A stretch of DNA of 64,000 nt from a virus. Taxonomy: Duplodnaviria; Heunggongvirae; Uroviricota; Caudoviricetes. This document shows, piece by piece, positions 56,028 through 64,000 of this stretch (position 1 is its first letter; every line of letters starts with the position of its first letter). The notes under the pieces were generated by a model. It did no database searches and was not told the DNA's origin. It saw only the letters and a program-made list of their open reading frames with translations. Both the position numbers and the translations under genes were made by a program. The stretch lies in the IMG/VR virus record IMGVR_UViG_3300035659_000002; one strand, written 5' to 3'.

Positions 56028-57542
56028 TTAAAGATATTGCATGAACTCGGCCAAGGGCATCCATGGAATATCGTGCTGTTTGGCCGCGTCTATCCTGGTT
56101 TGTCCGTAACCTTCACCTATCACGAGAAGCTTGGTTTTACCACTCGGGGCTTTGAAAATTCCACCCTTGGCCACGACCATGGCTTCCAATTGATCCTTGG
56201 TGTAATCAGGATGCGATCCGGTAATGTACAAGGTGAGGCCTTGCAAGGTCGGGATATTCCCGGTGAATCGTCGTAGATCCTCAAGCCGCGCTCCCGTGAC
56301 CGCCGCTTTTTTCGTCGTGGTCACGGGCTTGGCTACTAGCGTGGTTGTCGATACCTTTTCTTTTTTAGGCTTGCCTTCAGCCCTGATAGGAATACCAACG
56401 CCTGGAATTTCAGCTCCCTCGAACCCCGTGAATCCGGGAGGAGCGATTGTCACACCGGTGGTTGCCAATTTAACTCCCGTCGGTTTTTTGATTTTCATTT
56501 CTTGTGCCTCGTATTCCTTGTTTTTTGCATCATTATAATTGATTATTTCTTCAATGGTTTTTCTCAATTCTTCCACGGTTGTATCAGGAGGAAGAAGAAG
56601 ATGAGTGCTTTTAAAAAAAGTCAATTGCTCGGAAAGATCATGTTTATGGTGGAGATACCATGGATCTTTATGGCTGATCGAAAAACCTTGATAAGACCCT
56701 ACAATTTTAATATCCTTATATTTGCCCCTGGAATGAAAATGATCTCCATTTCCATCAGATTTAGTGCATCTGAATCCCAACGCTTCCAGGATGTCATAAC
56801 CCTTTGGTTCTTCCAATTGCTCGGCCAATTTCTCGGCCTCGGCCTCGCCGGGTAGCTCGGCAATCTCCAAGGGTTCTTTGATTATTTGTTCACCCTGGGC
56901 GAAGGTTTGTTCGATTTGTTTTTCCATAGCTGCCCTGCCGGTAAATGCTGCAAGAATGGCCCGAGCAGCAACACGATCTTTTTCCTTTTCCTCTTCAGGA
57001 AGATTCTTGTACGGGGTATTGGCCAGGGCAAGACGTGTTTCTCGTTTTTGTGGTTTTTCCTTGTACACGGGATCATCATAGGTTTTAGCCACGCGCCCCC
57101 ATCCTATATGGCTTGCAGCTGCCAGCTTCTCGATATCAGTAATGCCATTCATGATTTTTGATAAGATGGCTTTTGCACTCGATTGCCCGGCTGCAGCTCC
57201 GAATGTCCCTGGTTGTGATATGCCATAATGATAAGCGGCATCGAGGGCTTGGCTTTGAACTGCTGCGTATTGCTCGATCATTGCCTTGGCGATTTTGATT
57301 TTTTCTACTTTGGGTTGCTTGACCGCTTTCTTCATGGGCTTCAAGGGCATCCCCTGGGCCTTGAGATATGGCCGCGCCTCCTCGCTGCGGAGGATCTTGA
57401 TCTTCTTGGTGTTTAACAATGCTTTGGTCGTCGTTTGTAGCACGGTCCCTTTCACGGGAACAACGCGGCCGGTTTCGACCTCGATAAAGAATCCGGTGAT
57501 TGTCTCACCTTGCTTTCCTGTTTTCACGAATGCGAACGTCAT
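56028..57542 (-). CDS. Shared N-terminal tag domain plus RyR-like domain and C-terminal BRCT domain
   Basis: Tag MTFAFVKT...; ASHIGW...PYKNLPEEEKEKDRVAARAIL (RyR domain); LQGLTLYITG...LEAMVVAKGG...TKLLVIG...AAKQHDIPWM (BRCT). Confidence 0.8.
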   Translation of the reverse strand: MTFAFVKTGKQGETITGFFIEVETGRVVPVKGTVLQTTTKALLNTKKIKILRSEEARPYLKAQGMPLKPMKKAVKQPKVEKIKIAKAMIEQYAAVQSQALDAAYHYGISQPGTFGAAAGQSSAKAILSKIMNGITDIEKLAAASHIGWGRVAKTYDDPVYKEKPQKRETRLALANTPYKNLPEEEKEKDRVAARAILAAFTGRAAMEKQIEQTFAQGEQIIKEPLEIAELPGEAEAEKLAEQLEEPKGYDILEALGFRCTKSDGNGDHFHSRGKYKDIKIVGSYQGFSISHKDPWYLHHKHDLSEQLTFFKSTHLLLPPDTTVEELRKTIEEIINYNDAKNKEYEAQEMKIKKPTGVKLATTGVTIAPPGFTGFEGAEIPGVGIPIRAEGKPKKEKVSTTTLVAKPVTTTKKAAVTGARLEDLRRFTGNIPTLQGLTLYITGSHPDYTKDQLEAMVVAKGGIFKAPSGKTKLLVIGEGYGQTRIDAAKQHDIPWMPLAEFMQYL

Positions 57543-57548
57543 GATCAA

Positions 57549-58088
57549 TCATCTGCTTTTTTGCCAATTTTCATAATCAGATATAGTATATTCCAATTCT
57601 TTAGTTTTCGAGAATTTTTCAAAATCTCTTTTGATACGACCAATTTCATAATTAATATTGATGATTTCATTTCGATTATCAATGTCTTTAAAATTAGGAT
57701 CTTCAAAAATTGATCCGTCTATTGAATCAGGTATATATCCCCATGAATATAGCATCAAAGAAACACGATATTCCAATTGAAAGCCTCCTCCACCATGAGA
57801 AATGTCCCCTATCCAATCTTGCCCTGGAAATTCTTGTTTGACCGCTTCTGGATAAGATAATCCAAGTATTCTATCAAATAATGGATTGCTCGCATGAAGC
57901 ATCCTCCATAGAAATGCCCGTAGAGGAATTGCATCTATAATGGCAATGTTTTTGGTTGATAACAAAGGTTCTGTTGTCGTTTGAAATAGGATACCCTTTA
58001 CAGGAATTTTGCGATTGGTTTCTACTTCGATAAAGAAACCGGTGAGTATTTCATCCTGTTTCTTGACTTGCACGAATGCATAGGTCAT
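57549..58088 (-). CDS. Shared N-terminal tag domain plus short unknown cargo
   Basis: MTYAFVQVKKQDEILTGFFIEVETNRKIPVKGILFQTTTEPLLSTKNIAII. Confidence 0.8.
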   Translation of the reverse strand: MTYAFVQVKKQDEILTGFFIEVETNRKIPVKGILFQTTTEPLLSTKNIAIIDAIPLRAFLWRMLHASNPLFDRILGLSYPEAVKQEFPGQDWIGDISHGGGGFQLEYRVSLMLYSWGYIPDSIDGSIFEDPNFKDIDNRNEIININYEIGRIKRDFEKFSKTKELEYTISDYENWQKSR

Positions 58089-58098
58089 GATCAATCAT

Positions 58099-59697
58099 CT
58101 ATGATGCTTTGAGTTTTTCTAATTTCTTTAAAGCATGATCCCGTTTATCCATGAGTGCGCCAATTTGCCTTGCACGTATATTACCTTCAAAGGTCATATC
58201 CCCGACCGTGCCGTAGCTTTCTATCTCCTTTATTCGTTGGTCTATCCCTTTGATATCATCTTCAAGTTCTTTTATTTCAGATTCGACATTCTCGGCAGGC
58301 GGCTCCGGTTCCGGTTCTTTCATGAATTTCATCCAAGATAACGATTGCACGGCGGCCTTGGTTAATTGCCTTTGCCATGCCCCTTCCGTAGGCGACCAAT
58401 GATAACCGTTATGTTTGAGTTCATCCCGGATGTTCTCCGGTGGTTTGCCATCAAAAAATAATTGTAACCGATTGGCCTCCACGTTCTCGACCACGCGGAC
58501 CCCGGCCTTCGTATATTCCTTGCTGCCACCGGCATAGGTGGACACTCGTGCTTGCTCTTCGGCAATACGATCCTTCACGCGCTGCATTTCTTGGAGTTGG
58601 CTTTGCAATCGAAAATGTGGATACCCTAATCGGCCCGACATGTCAGGTTTGAGTAGCTTGGTTGCTGTATCTTGCGAATAACCAAGTTTCACGAGTTCTT
58701 TCAAGGTATCTATGCCTTTTTTCTTGAGAACCCTATTCGTTGCTTTCATGAGTTCTTGATCGTGTTCCAATTTGACAAGCTTGGCCTTTAATTGCTCGAC
58801 TGCCTCCGGTGTCCCACCCCGTATCGGCCCGCTCGGGAGAACCTTGCTGATTGCCGTTTTCTCGGACATCTTTTTGAGCTTCAGTTCTTCACGCTTTTTT
58901 TCGATCAAGTCGATTTCGGCCTTGGCATCTTGAACGGTTGCATAAGGTGACCAATCAAGTACATTGCCCTCGATTTTATGGCCAGCTTTCACGCTACCAT
59001 CAACAGATATCATGATCACCCAATCCTTATAATTAATGGTCTCGGGTTGAACGCTAAATTGTTTCTCATGTTCTCGTTTTTCTCGATATAATCGTTCAAT
59101 AACCATGCGATCAATCAGATCGAGGTCAGGATATTTCACGAGCTTGCCCGCATCGAGCTGCAAAGCCCATGCTTCCAATGCCTCGCCCTGGGCTTTTCGT
59201 GCGGCCAAACTTATAGGGTCGATTTGGCCTTTGCCAGGTCTCTTTGCACGGTATTCAACATCGAAAAGATAATCCTTTGCTTTTTGGTGAGCATCACGCG
59301 CGGCCTCCCGAATAATTCCCTTTTCCCATTTCTCCGCATTCTCTAGTTCAAAACCCAGATCGGTCGTGGTTTGTAACCGTTGGATTTCATCCCTCGCATG
59401 TTTTTCATGCTGCGTTCCATCCAGGATCTTGGCAATAGTTTCCAACCGTGCTATCATTTCCGCAACACGTTCTGGCAACCCGAATGATCGTTCGGGAATG
59501 TTCGGTGGAAGGGCAGCTATGTAAGGCATGGAAGCTTCACCCGTGATGATCGGGATCTGCTTGGTTGCTAACATCTCCGCGCTCGTGTATTGAAAGAACT
59601 TTCCTTTAACTAGAACGTATTTTCCCGTTTGCGCGTTCACGAAAAATCCGGCAAGTGCTTTATCTTTTGTTCCTGTTTGCACGAACATGAATGTCAT
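58099..59697 (-). CDS. Shared N-terminal tag domain plus a DUF3560/polyvalent-protein-type C-terminal domain
   Basis: Tag MTFMFVQT...; NRLQLFFDGKPPENIRDELKHNGYHWSPTEGAWQRQLT is typical of the C-terminus of DUF3560-type proteins. Confidence 0.75.
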   Translation of the reverse strand: MTFMFVQTGTKDKALAGFFVNAQTGKYVLVKGKFFQYTSAEMLATKQIPIITGEASMPYIAALPPNIPERSFGLPERVAEMIARLETIAKILDGTQHEKHARDEIQRLQTTTDLGFELENAEKWEKGIIREAARDAHQKAKDYLFDVEYRAKRPGKGQIDPISLAARKAQGEALEAWALQLDAGKLVKYPDLDLIDRMVIERLYREKREHEKQFSVQPETINYKDWVIMISVDGSVKAGHKIEGNVLDWSPYATVQDAKAEIDLIEKKREELKLKKMSEKTAISKVLPSGPIRGGTPEAVEQLKAKLVKLEHDQELMKATNRVLKKKGIDTLKELVKLGYSQDTATKLLKPDMSGRLGYPHFRLQSQLQEMQRVKDRIAEEQARVSTYAGGSKEYTKAGVRVVENVEANRLQLFFDGKPPENIRDELKHNGYHWSPTEGAWQRQLTKAAVQSLSWMKFMKEPEPEPPAENVESEIKELEDDIKGIDQRIKEIESYGTVGDMTFEGNIRARQIGALMDKRDHALKKLEKLKAS

Positions 59698-59709
59698 TTT
59701 TAATAAACC

Positions 59710-60720
59710 TCAATTCATACTATAAACACGAATTACCTTGGCCTCCATTGCCTCGCTACCAGAGATTCTTGCGTCCTGAACTATTTTCACGAATGCCTTG
59801 TAGCATTCTACCTCCATCTTGCTTGGGATATTAATAAAATGACCCTCTCTAGTGATCTTCTCGACGCGGGAATCCCTGGAAAAATTAATATCAATGTATG
59901 TCTGATATTGATACCGGTCTTTTTTTGTATAATTCACGAGGTCAGGATGTCGTGACTGAAATAATCTCATTTCCTGACCCAATTTACTTCGAGCATCGAA
60001 CGTGATACCAACAACCACGGTTTCATAAAAACCGTGACCCTCGTATCCGGGCTGTCCATGCATCGGCCATAATTCAATTAACTTGTTTATGCTAGCTTCG
60101 AGCGCGCGGTCAAGCACGTCTTGATATGAAGATGCACGTTCGCTCGGTAAGTCATGCATTTTAAAAGCGGCACGACGTAATTCATAACCTCCGCTGATCG
60201 GTTTTCCCAAGGTGAGTTCAGGACCAGGAGCGGCCTTGCCCTCTCGAATAGCAGCAAGCCTGGCCTTCGCAGCTGCGATCCGCTGTTCATACGGGTCGAT
60301 TAGTTTCTCCGGTGTTTCCGTGAAATATTCCTTTTCATAGATTGGCTCTTCGGTGAGCAAGGGTTGTGGCTTTGCCTTCACGGTCTCTTTTTCGACATGC
60401 TTCCTGGATTCTTCTTCCAATCCCTTCTTGTATGCTGCTTTCGACATAATGACATCGGTTTGCTTGTCAGGATCATGCAACAATATTTTACCAAATTTAC
60501 CAAGGAACTTGTTTGCACTATCCGCAGCGAGAATTTCAACCCCTCTACTTTGTAGCATATCATGCGTGCTAATATTCAATTCATTATTTCCGACCGGGAC
60601 TATTTTTCCGGTGTCGATGTCGAAAAACGAACCTTGGAGTCGGCCCAGGTATAATCCTTCCGCAGGCATCGTGCCAGGCCGGTCTAGTAGTTTGAGTATC
60701 ACGAATGCGTATCGTGCCAT
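59710..60720 (-). CDS. Divergent N-terminal tag domain plus unknown cargo
   Basis: Start MARYAFV; GSFFDIDTGKIVPV...DMLQSRGVEIL aligns with the tag. Confidence 0.75.
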   Translation of the reverse strand: MARYAFVILKLLDRPGTMPAEGLYLGRLQGSFFDIDTGKIVPVGNNELNISTHDMLQSRGVEILAADSANKFLGKFGKILLHDPDKQTDVIMSKAAYKKGLEEESRKHVEKETVKAKPQPLLTEEPIYEKEYFTETPEKLIDPYEQRIAAAKARLAAIREGKAAPGPELTLGKPISGGYELRRAAFKMHDLPSERASSYQDVLDRALEASINKLIELWPMHGQPGYEGHGFYETVVVGITFDARSKLGQEMRLFQSRHPDLVNYTKKDRYQYQTYIDINFSRDSRVEKITREGHFINIPSKMEVECYKAFVKIVQDARISGSEAMEAKVIRVYSMN

Positions 60721-60754
60721 GAGATTTTCACCTGGAAAATAAAAATTATATTTA

Positions 60755-62500
60755 TTATGCTTCAAGTTCCTTCTCTTCAAGTTCCTCCGGTATTTCCTTC
60801 TCTTCAATTTCCGGTTCGCCGCCTACACGGGGAGCGAGCATGTATGTTATGGTTGACCGATTATTCGGGTTTCCATAATCTTTCACGCTTACAAGCATGA
60901 CGTTATCTCGAATCAAGGCGACCTCGACACGCGGGGCATCCATTGGCTGAATGATGGATTTACTTTCGCCAAAAACCAGGTTCTTGAACATACGCGCAAA
61001 AAGCACGGCATTGAAATGACTACCTACCGGTTTGTGAGGTGATTTCAATACCTGTTCCGGTATTATTGCCGCACGAAGTTCGCTCCGGTTTTCGGTGAAT
61101 TTCTCGTCTTTATAAACGCTCAAGTAGGTTATTTGCAAGGTTCTCTCGCCAAGCATTGCTTCGATCTGTTTCACCCACGCATCCCTAGTTGCCTTGGTAA
61201 CATTCGATTTTTTTCCGATGCCTAATTCATTGACCTTATCTTTAATTTCTTGCAAGGTCATGGCTTGTTTTACCGTCACCTGGGTAGGGTCATATTCGAC
61301 AAACAAGATCCTGTCCACCGTTTCTTCTGTTTCCCTTTTCTTTCCCATCCTTTCATTTTCACATGCTCGGTTGCCGATCAACAATGCCCCGGTGAGCGCG
61401 TTACCAATATTGTCTTTGCCACTGCCTAATGGAAACACGAGGATCGCATTGGCCTTTTCTATCATCGTGGTTTGAAGGTCATCGAATGCCTTTGCTTCTT
61501 TCATGTAATTTGCTTGAATGGTACTCATGTCATGAAGTTTGACCGTGAATATTTTTTTATACGTTTGGCCTCCTTTTTGGATCGGTTCAAACCCCATATA
61601 GTTATGAGCAAGATCAATGGAGAACCTGATTTCCTCGATAATCAATTCTTTTCGCATTTCTTTGGCCGCTTCGCTTCCCGAACCATGCGTTCCCGCAGCT
61701 GCTGTTAATCGAAAACGATTGGTTACCTTGATCATGTCTACAATATTAACAGCAAATTGAACGGGGGATTGAGGTGGATTGAACTCGGAACATGATAAAG
61801 GTGATATGATCAATTTAGCTCCGATGTTATGACCATTATCAAACACGGTTGTTGTAATCCCTGATGCATCCCAGGTGAAAATCGTTTGGTCATCAATGCG
61901 GCCCAATGCAACAAGTGCAGCTTTGAAAACTTTGGTGTCAATTATCATTGATGCCGTCGTAACGAATCGTTTTTGAGATGCAAATATCCATGATTCCTTT
62001 CGAGCCAATGCTTGTTCCATTGACATCGAACCGGCTTGAGCTTTTGCACGTTGGGCTAACAATTCTTGATATTCCTCTTTCTCTTCAGAAGCGCGCTTGG
62101 CCTCGACTTTTCGTTCGCTCAATGTTTTTTGTGTTTGAGCCTCTGCTATTAAACCCTTTTGGGCTTCAGTTATCATTTGTTCTTTTTGCTTTTTCCATTC
62201 TTCCATGGTGAGAAGCTTGAACGGATAAGGTGATGGTGGCCCTGAAAGTGCAAGTACCCATCCTAACTTTTCCAGGAACTTATCCGTGGCTTCCGAGTCT
62301 GATATATCACCAAACCCTTCGCCCATTCCTTTGCTGGCTACAAGAACGCCGCTGTTTTTCAACACTTGTGGATTGGCATAATTGATATCTCGCCCGTGAA
62401 CCGGAATGAGCTTGCCGCTATCCATGTCTATGAACGAACCCGTAATGGTTTGATAGTCATCTGATCTGCTTAATACCACGAACACGTATTTTGCCATCAT
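60755..62500 (-). CDS. Divergent N-terminal tag domain, coiled linker and PCNA-like sliding-clamp domain
   Basis: FKAALVALGRIDDQTIFTWDASGITTTVFDNGHNIGAKLII...VQFAVNIVDMIKV and C-terminal HFNAVLF...ITYMLAPRV match PCNA N- and C-terminal motifs. Confidence 0.75.
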   Translation of the reverse strand: MMAKYVFVVLSRSDDYQTITGSFIDMDSGKLIPVHGRDINYANPQVLKNSGVLVASKGMGEGFGDISDSEATDKFLEKLGWVLALSGPPSPYPFKLLTMEEWKKQKEQMITEAQKGLIAEAQTQKTLSERKVEAKRASEEKEEYQELLAQRAKAQAGSMSMEQALARKESWIFASQKRFVTTASMIIDTKVFKAALVALGRIDDQTIFTWDASGITTTVFDNGHNIGAKLIISPLSCSEFNPPQSPVQFAVNIVDMIKVTNRFRLTAAAGTHGSGSEAAKEMRKELIIEEIRFSIDLAHNYMGFEPIQKGGQTYKKIFTVKLHDMSTIQANYMKEAKAFDDLQTTMIEKANAILVFPLGSGKDNIGNALTGALLIGNRACENERMGKKRETEETVDRILFVEYDPTQVTVKQAMTLQEIKDKVNELGIGKKSNVTKATRDAWVKQIEAMLGERTLQITYLSVYKDEKFTENRSELRAAIIPEQVLKSPHKPVGSHFNAVLFARMFKNLVFGESKSIIQPMDAPRVEVALIRDNVMLVSVKDYGNPNNRSTITYMLAPRVGGEPEIEEKEIPEELEEKELEA

Positions 62501-64000
62501 GCTTCGACCTGTGCTTCTTTTTTCTTTTTAGATTCTTCTTTCTTTTGTCTTTTTTTCTCCCGTCGATCCAAAGCATCCTCCTTTTGTTCAATCATTTCTT
62601 GGGTAATGCTCCATCCGACGGGTTTGTGATAAATATGGATAAGATCCGATTTACCGGCGTTGTCATACGTGATAACAGCGCGATCAATTAGTTCAAGTTT
62701 ATAGAATTGTAAATTAGGATCAAAATAACTTTTGACATAGATATGTCCATCCATGGCAACACGATTGACAATTCGAGCCATTTGGTTTGATGGTCTTTCA
62801 TTCCCTTCTTCTTCCTCTTCTTCTTCGGAGGTTTCTTGCATTATTTTCAAGTATTCAGGGGATAGATAGTTTTTCCATTCCAAACCACCAATCACCCGTT
62901 CTTTTAAAATGTTGGTTTTGACCGTGCTAGAACCTAACCCCTCGCATCCATTAATAATAATGACATCATGAATACTATCGCCCATTGCATTGAATTGATC
63001 CATGGTCACCGGGACACAATTTCCAAACCGCTCGGCAGGTTTATCCGTGATCACGATGCCGTTGCTCGTTCTATTCATGTTGAAATATTTTTCGATCATG
63101 GCATGTTCTTGGATTGATATACCACCCGTCCCAACGAACCATGGCACGAGTTTGAGATTATCCCCTCTTGGTTTCAACCACGTGTTTTCATAGAACTCCA
63201 GGGAATATTGCATCGGTTTCATGGGCTTGTATTGCCATGCCTCGAACATGGTAAATCGACGGTAACCACCGAATAAGGTCGCCTCACCCGCAATGAATTG
63301 AAGTTTGGGATGCCTGATGCTTCGCCAATTTTTCGATAGTATTATCCCATTTTGATTAAGGAGAGGCAAGCATTCATTCACGAGCCATCGGATAAATTTA
63401 TCCTCGATGCCCGTTTCTATGTTCCATTTAGCCGTGCCATATTTATAATCGAATTCATCCGAATATGGTGGATCAAACAAGATTAAATCGAATTTATAAT
63501 TATCAGCTTTGCACGCAGCAATATATTTTTGTACCGTTGTTAGGACATTCGCATGAGTCGGGACAGCCACTTTTTTTTGAATTTCAGAAATGGTTTTCAT
63601 TTTGGGCTGTCCGGTTTCTCGGGATATTACCGGTTTCCCGGTTTTCTTGTTGAGTACCATTTCCTCGCCAATGATCACCCGTAGCTTGGGAATAATGGTT
63701 GTTTCATTAACATCAACGCGAGTCGTGCAATAATCTGAACTACCACAGAATAAATGCACGTCTTTACCACTAGCTAATCTCATGCAAGAATCAGGAAACG
63801 GCATGGCCCGTCCAGCAGCGGTTTCTTGATTTTTTAGATAAATAATGCTTTCAACAAAATGCTCTTCATCCGGGACAAACCCACCAAGATATTTGGCTTT
63901 TTTCATGCCACTCCCAAGGATGAATAATCCTTCAGTAGCATTGAGATAAGATGAGGGCACGGGTTCACCAATTCCTCTACTTCCAATTGCCGCTGCTTTG
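62497..64000 (-). CDS. Amino-methyltransferase-like protein (DPPY), probably 5-prime truncated by the window edge
   Basis: HLFCGS (motif I-like), FDLILFDPPY (motif IV), CLPLLNQNGIIL; the frame stays open to position 64000 (KAAAIGSRGIGEPV...). Confidence 0.75.
   Translation of the reverse strand, partial: KAAAIGSRGIGEPVPSSYLNATEGLFILGSGMKKAKYLGGFVPDEEHFVESIIYLKNQETAAGRAMPFPDSCMRLASGKDVHLFCGSSDYCTTRVDVNETTIIPKLRVIIGEEMVLNKKTGKPVISRETGQPKMKTISEIQKKVAVPTHANVLTTVQKYIAACKADNYKFDLILFDPPYSDEFDYKYGTAKWNIETGIEDKFIRWLVNECLPLLNQNGIILSKNWRSIRHPKLQFIAGEATLFGGYRRFTMFEAWQYKPMKPMQYSLEFYENTWLKPRGDNLKLVPWFVGTGGISIQEHAMIEKYFNMNRTSNGIVITDKPAERFGNCVPVTMDQFNAMGDSIHDVIIINGCEGLGSSTVKTNILKERVIGGLEWKNYLSPEYLKIMQETSEEEEEEEGNERPSNQMARIVNRVAMDGHIYVKSYFDPNLQFYKLELIDRAVITYDNAGKSDLIHIYHKPVGWSITQEMIEQKEDALDRREKKRQKKEESKKKKEAQVEA

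Larger units (their letters stand above)
1..64000. mobile_element. Segment of a large archaeal virus or virus-like mobile element (probable Asgard/Lokiarchaeia host)
   Basis: No cellular housekeeping genes; dense co-oriented ORFs with ATGA overlaps; many RHH and Zn-finger microproteins; homing-type endonucleases; DUF3846, DUF6011, DUF5661 (virus-typical families); surface glycoproteins; TATA-like promoters. Host assignment is inference only. Confidence 0.75.

Noticed and set aside
52657-62500. Diversity-generating retroelement or integron explanation for the tagged array
   Set aside because: No reverse transcriptase, TR/VR pair, integrase or attC-like palindromes seen in the window; the shared part is coding and N-terminal.
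105-63653. Numerous ORF-track entries antisense to or nested in longer genes (e.g. 331-966, 1000-1431, 9163-9642, 24546-25178, 25758-26243, 50831-51310)
   Set aside because: Shadow frames of well-supported genes; no motifs and atypical composition.

Overview
The window looks like a 64-kb segment of a large archaeal virus or virus-like mobile element. The host is probably an Asgard (Lokiarchaeia-like) archaeon; this is an inference from the style of the RHH, FN3 and CTERM proteins. Genes are tightly packed with ATGA/TAATG overlaps and archaeal TATA-like promoters. A short plus-strand block of small regulators (38-3573) converges on one long minus-strand gene array. That array contains: (i) a putative histone-fold protein beside an acidic-tail protein; (ii) a membrane-protein/P-loop ATPase/CPBP-protease module interrupted by three free-standing endonucleases; (iii) large basic mosaic proteins, one with a TGT/DpdA-like domain plus DUF5661; (iv) five membrane-anchored surface proteins, including a 2030-aa repeat glycoprotein followed by an orphan PGF-type membrane-anchor cassette; (v) an ~830-bp non-coding region with repeats flanking an AT-rich core (candidate origin); (vi) DNA-modification and host-interaction genes (two PAPS-reductase-like proteins, DUF362, C39-like peptidase, double ParB-like protein, JAB plus glutaredoxin, DPPY methyltransferase). 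The most striking feature is an array of eight consecutive genes (52657-62500) that share one ~60-aa N-terminal domain fused to unrelated cargo domains (DUF5591/ArcS-like, RyR+BRCT, DUF3560-type, PCNA-like clamp, unknowns). I recognised no HK97 capsid, portal, terminase, DNA polymerase, integrase, transposase, tRNA, rRNA or CRISPR array. All family assignments are by-eye motif recognition, not database hits.
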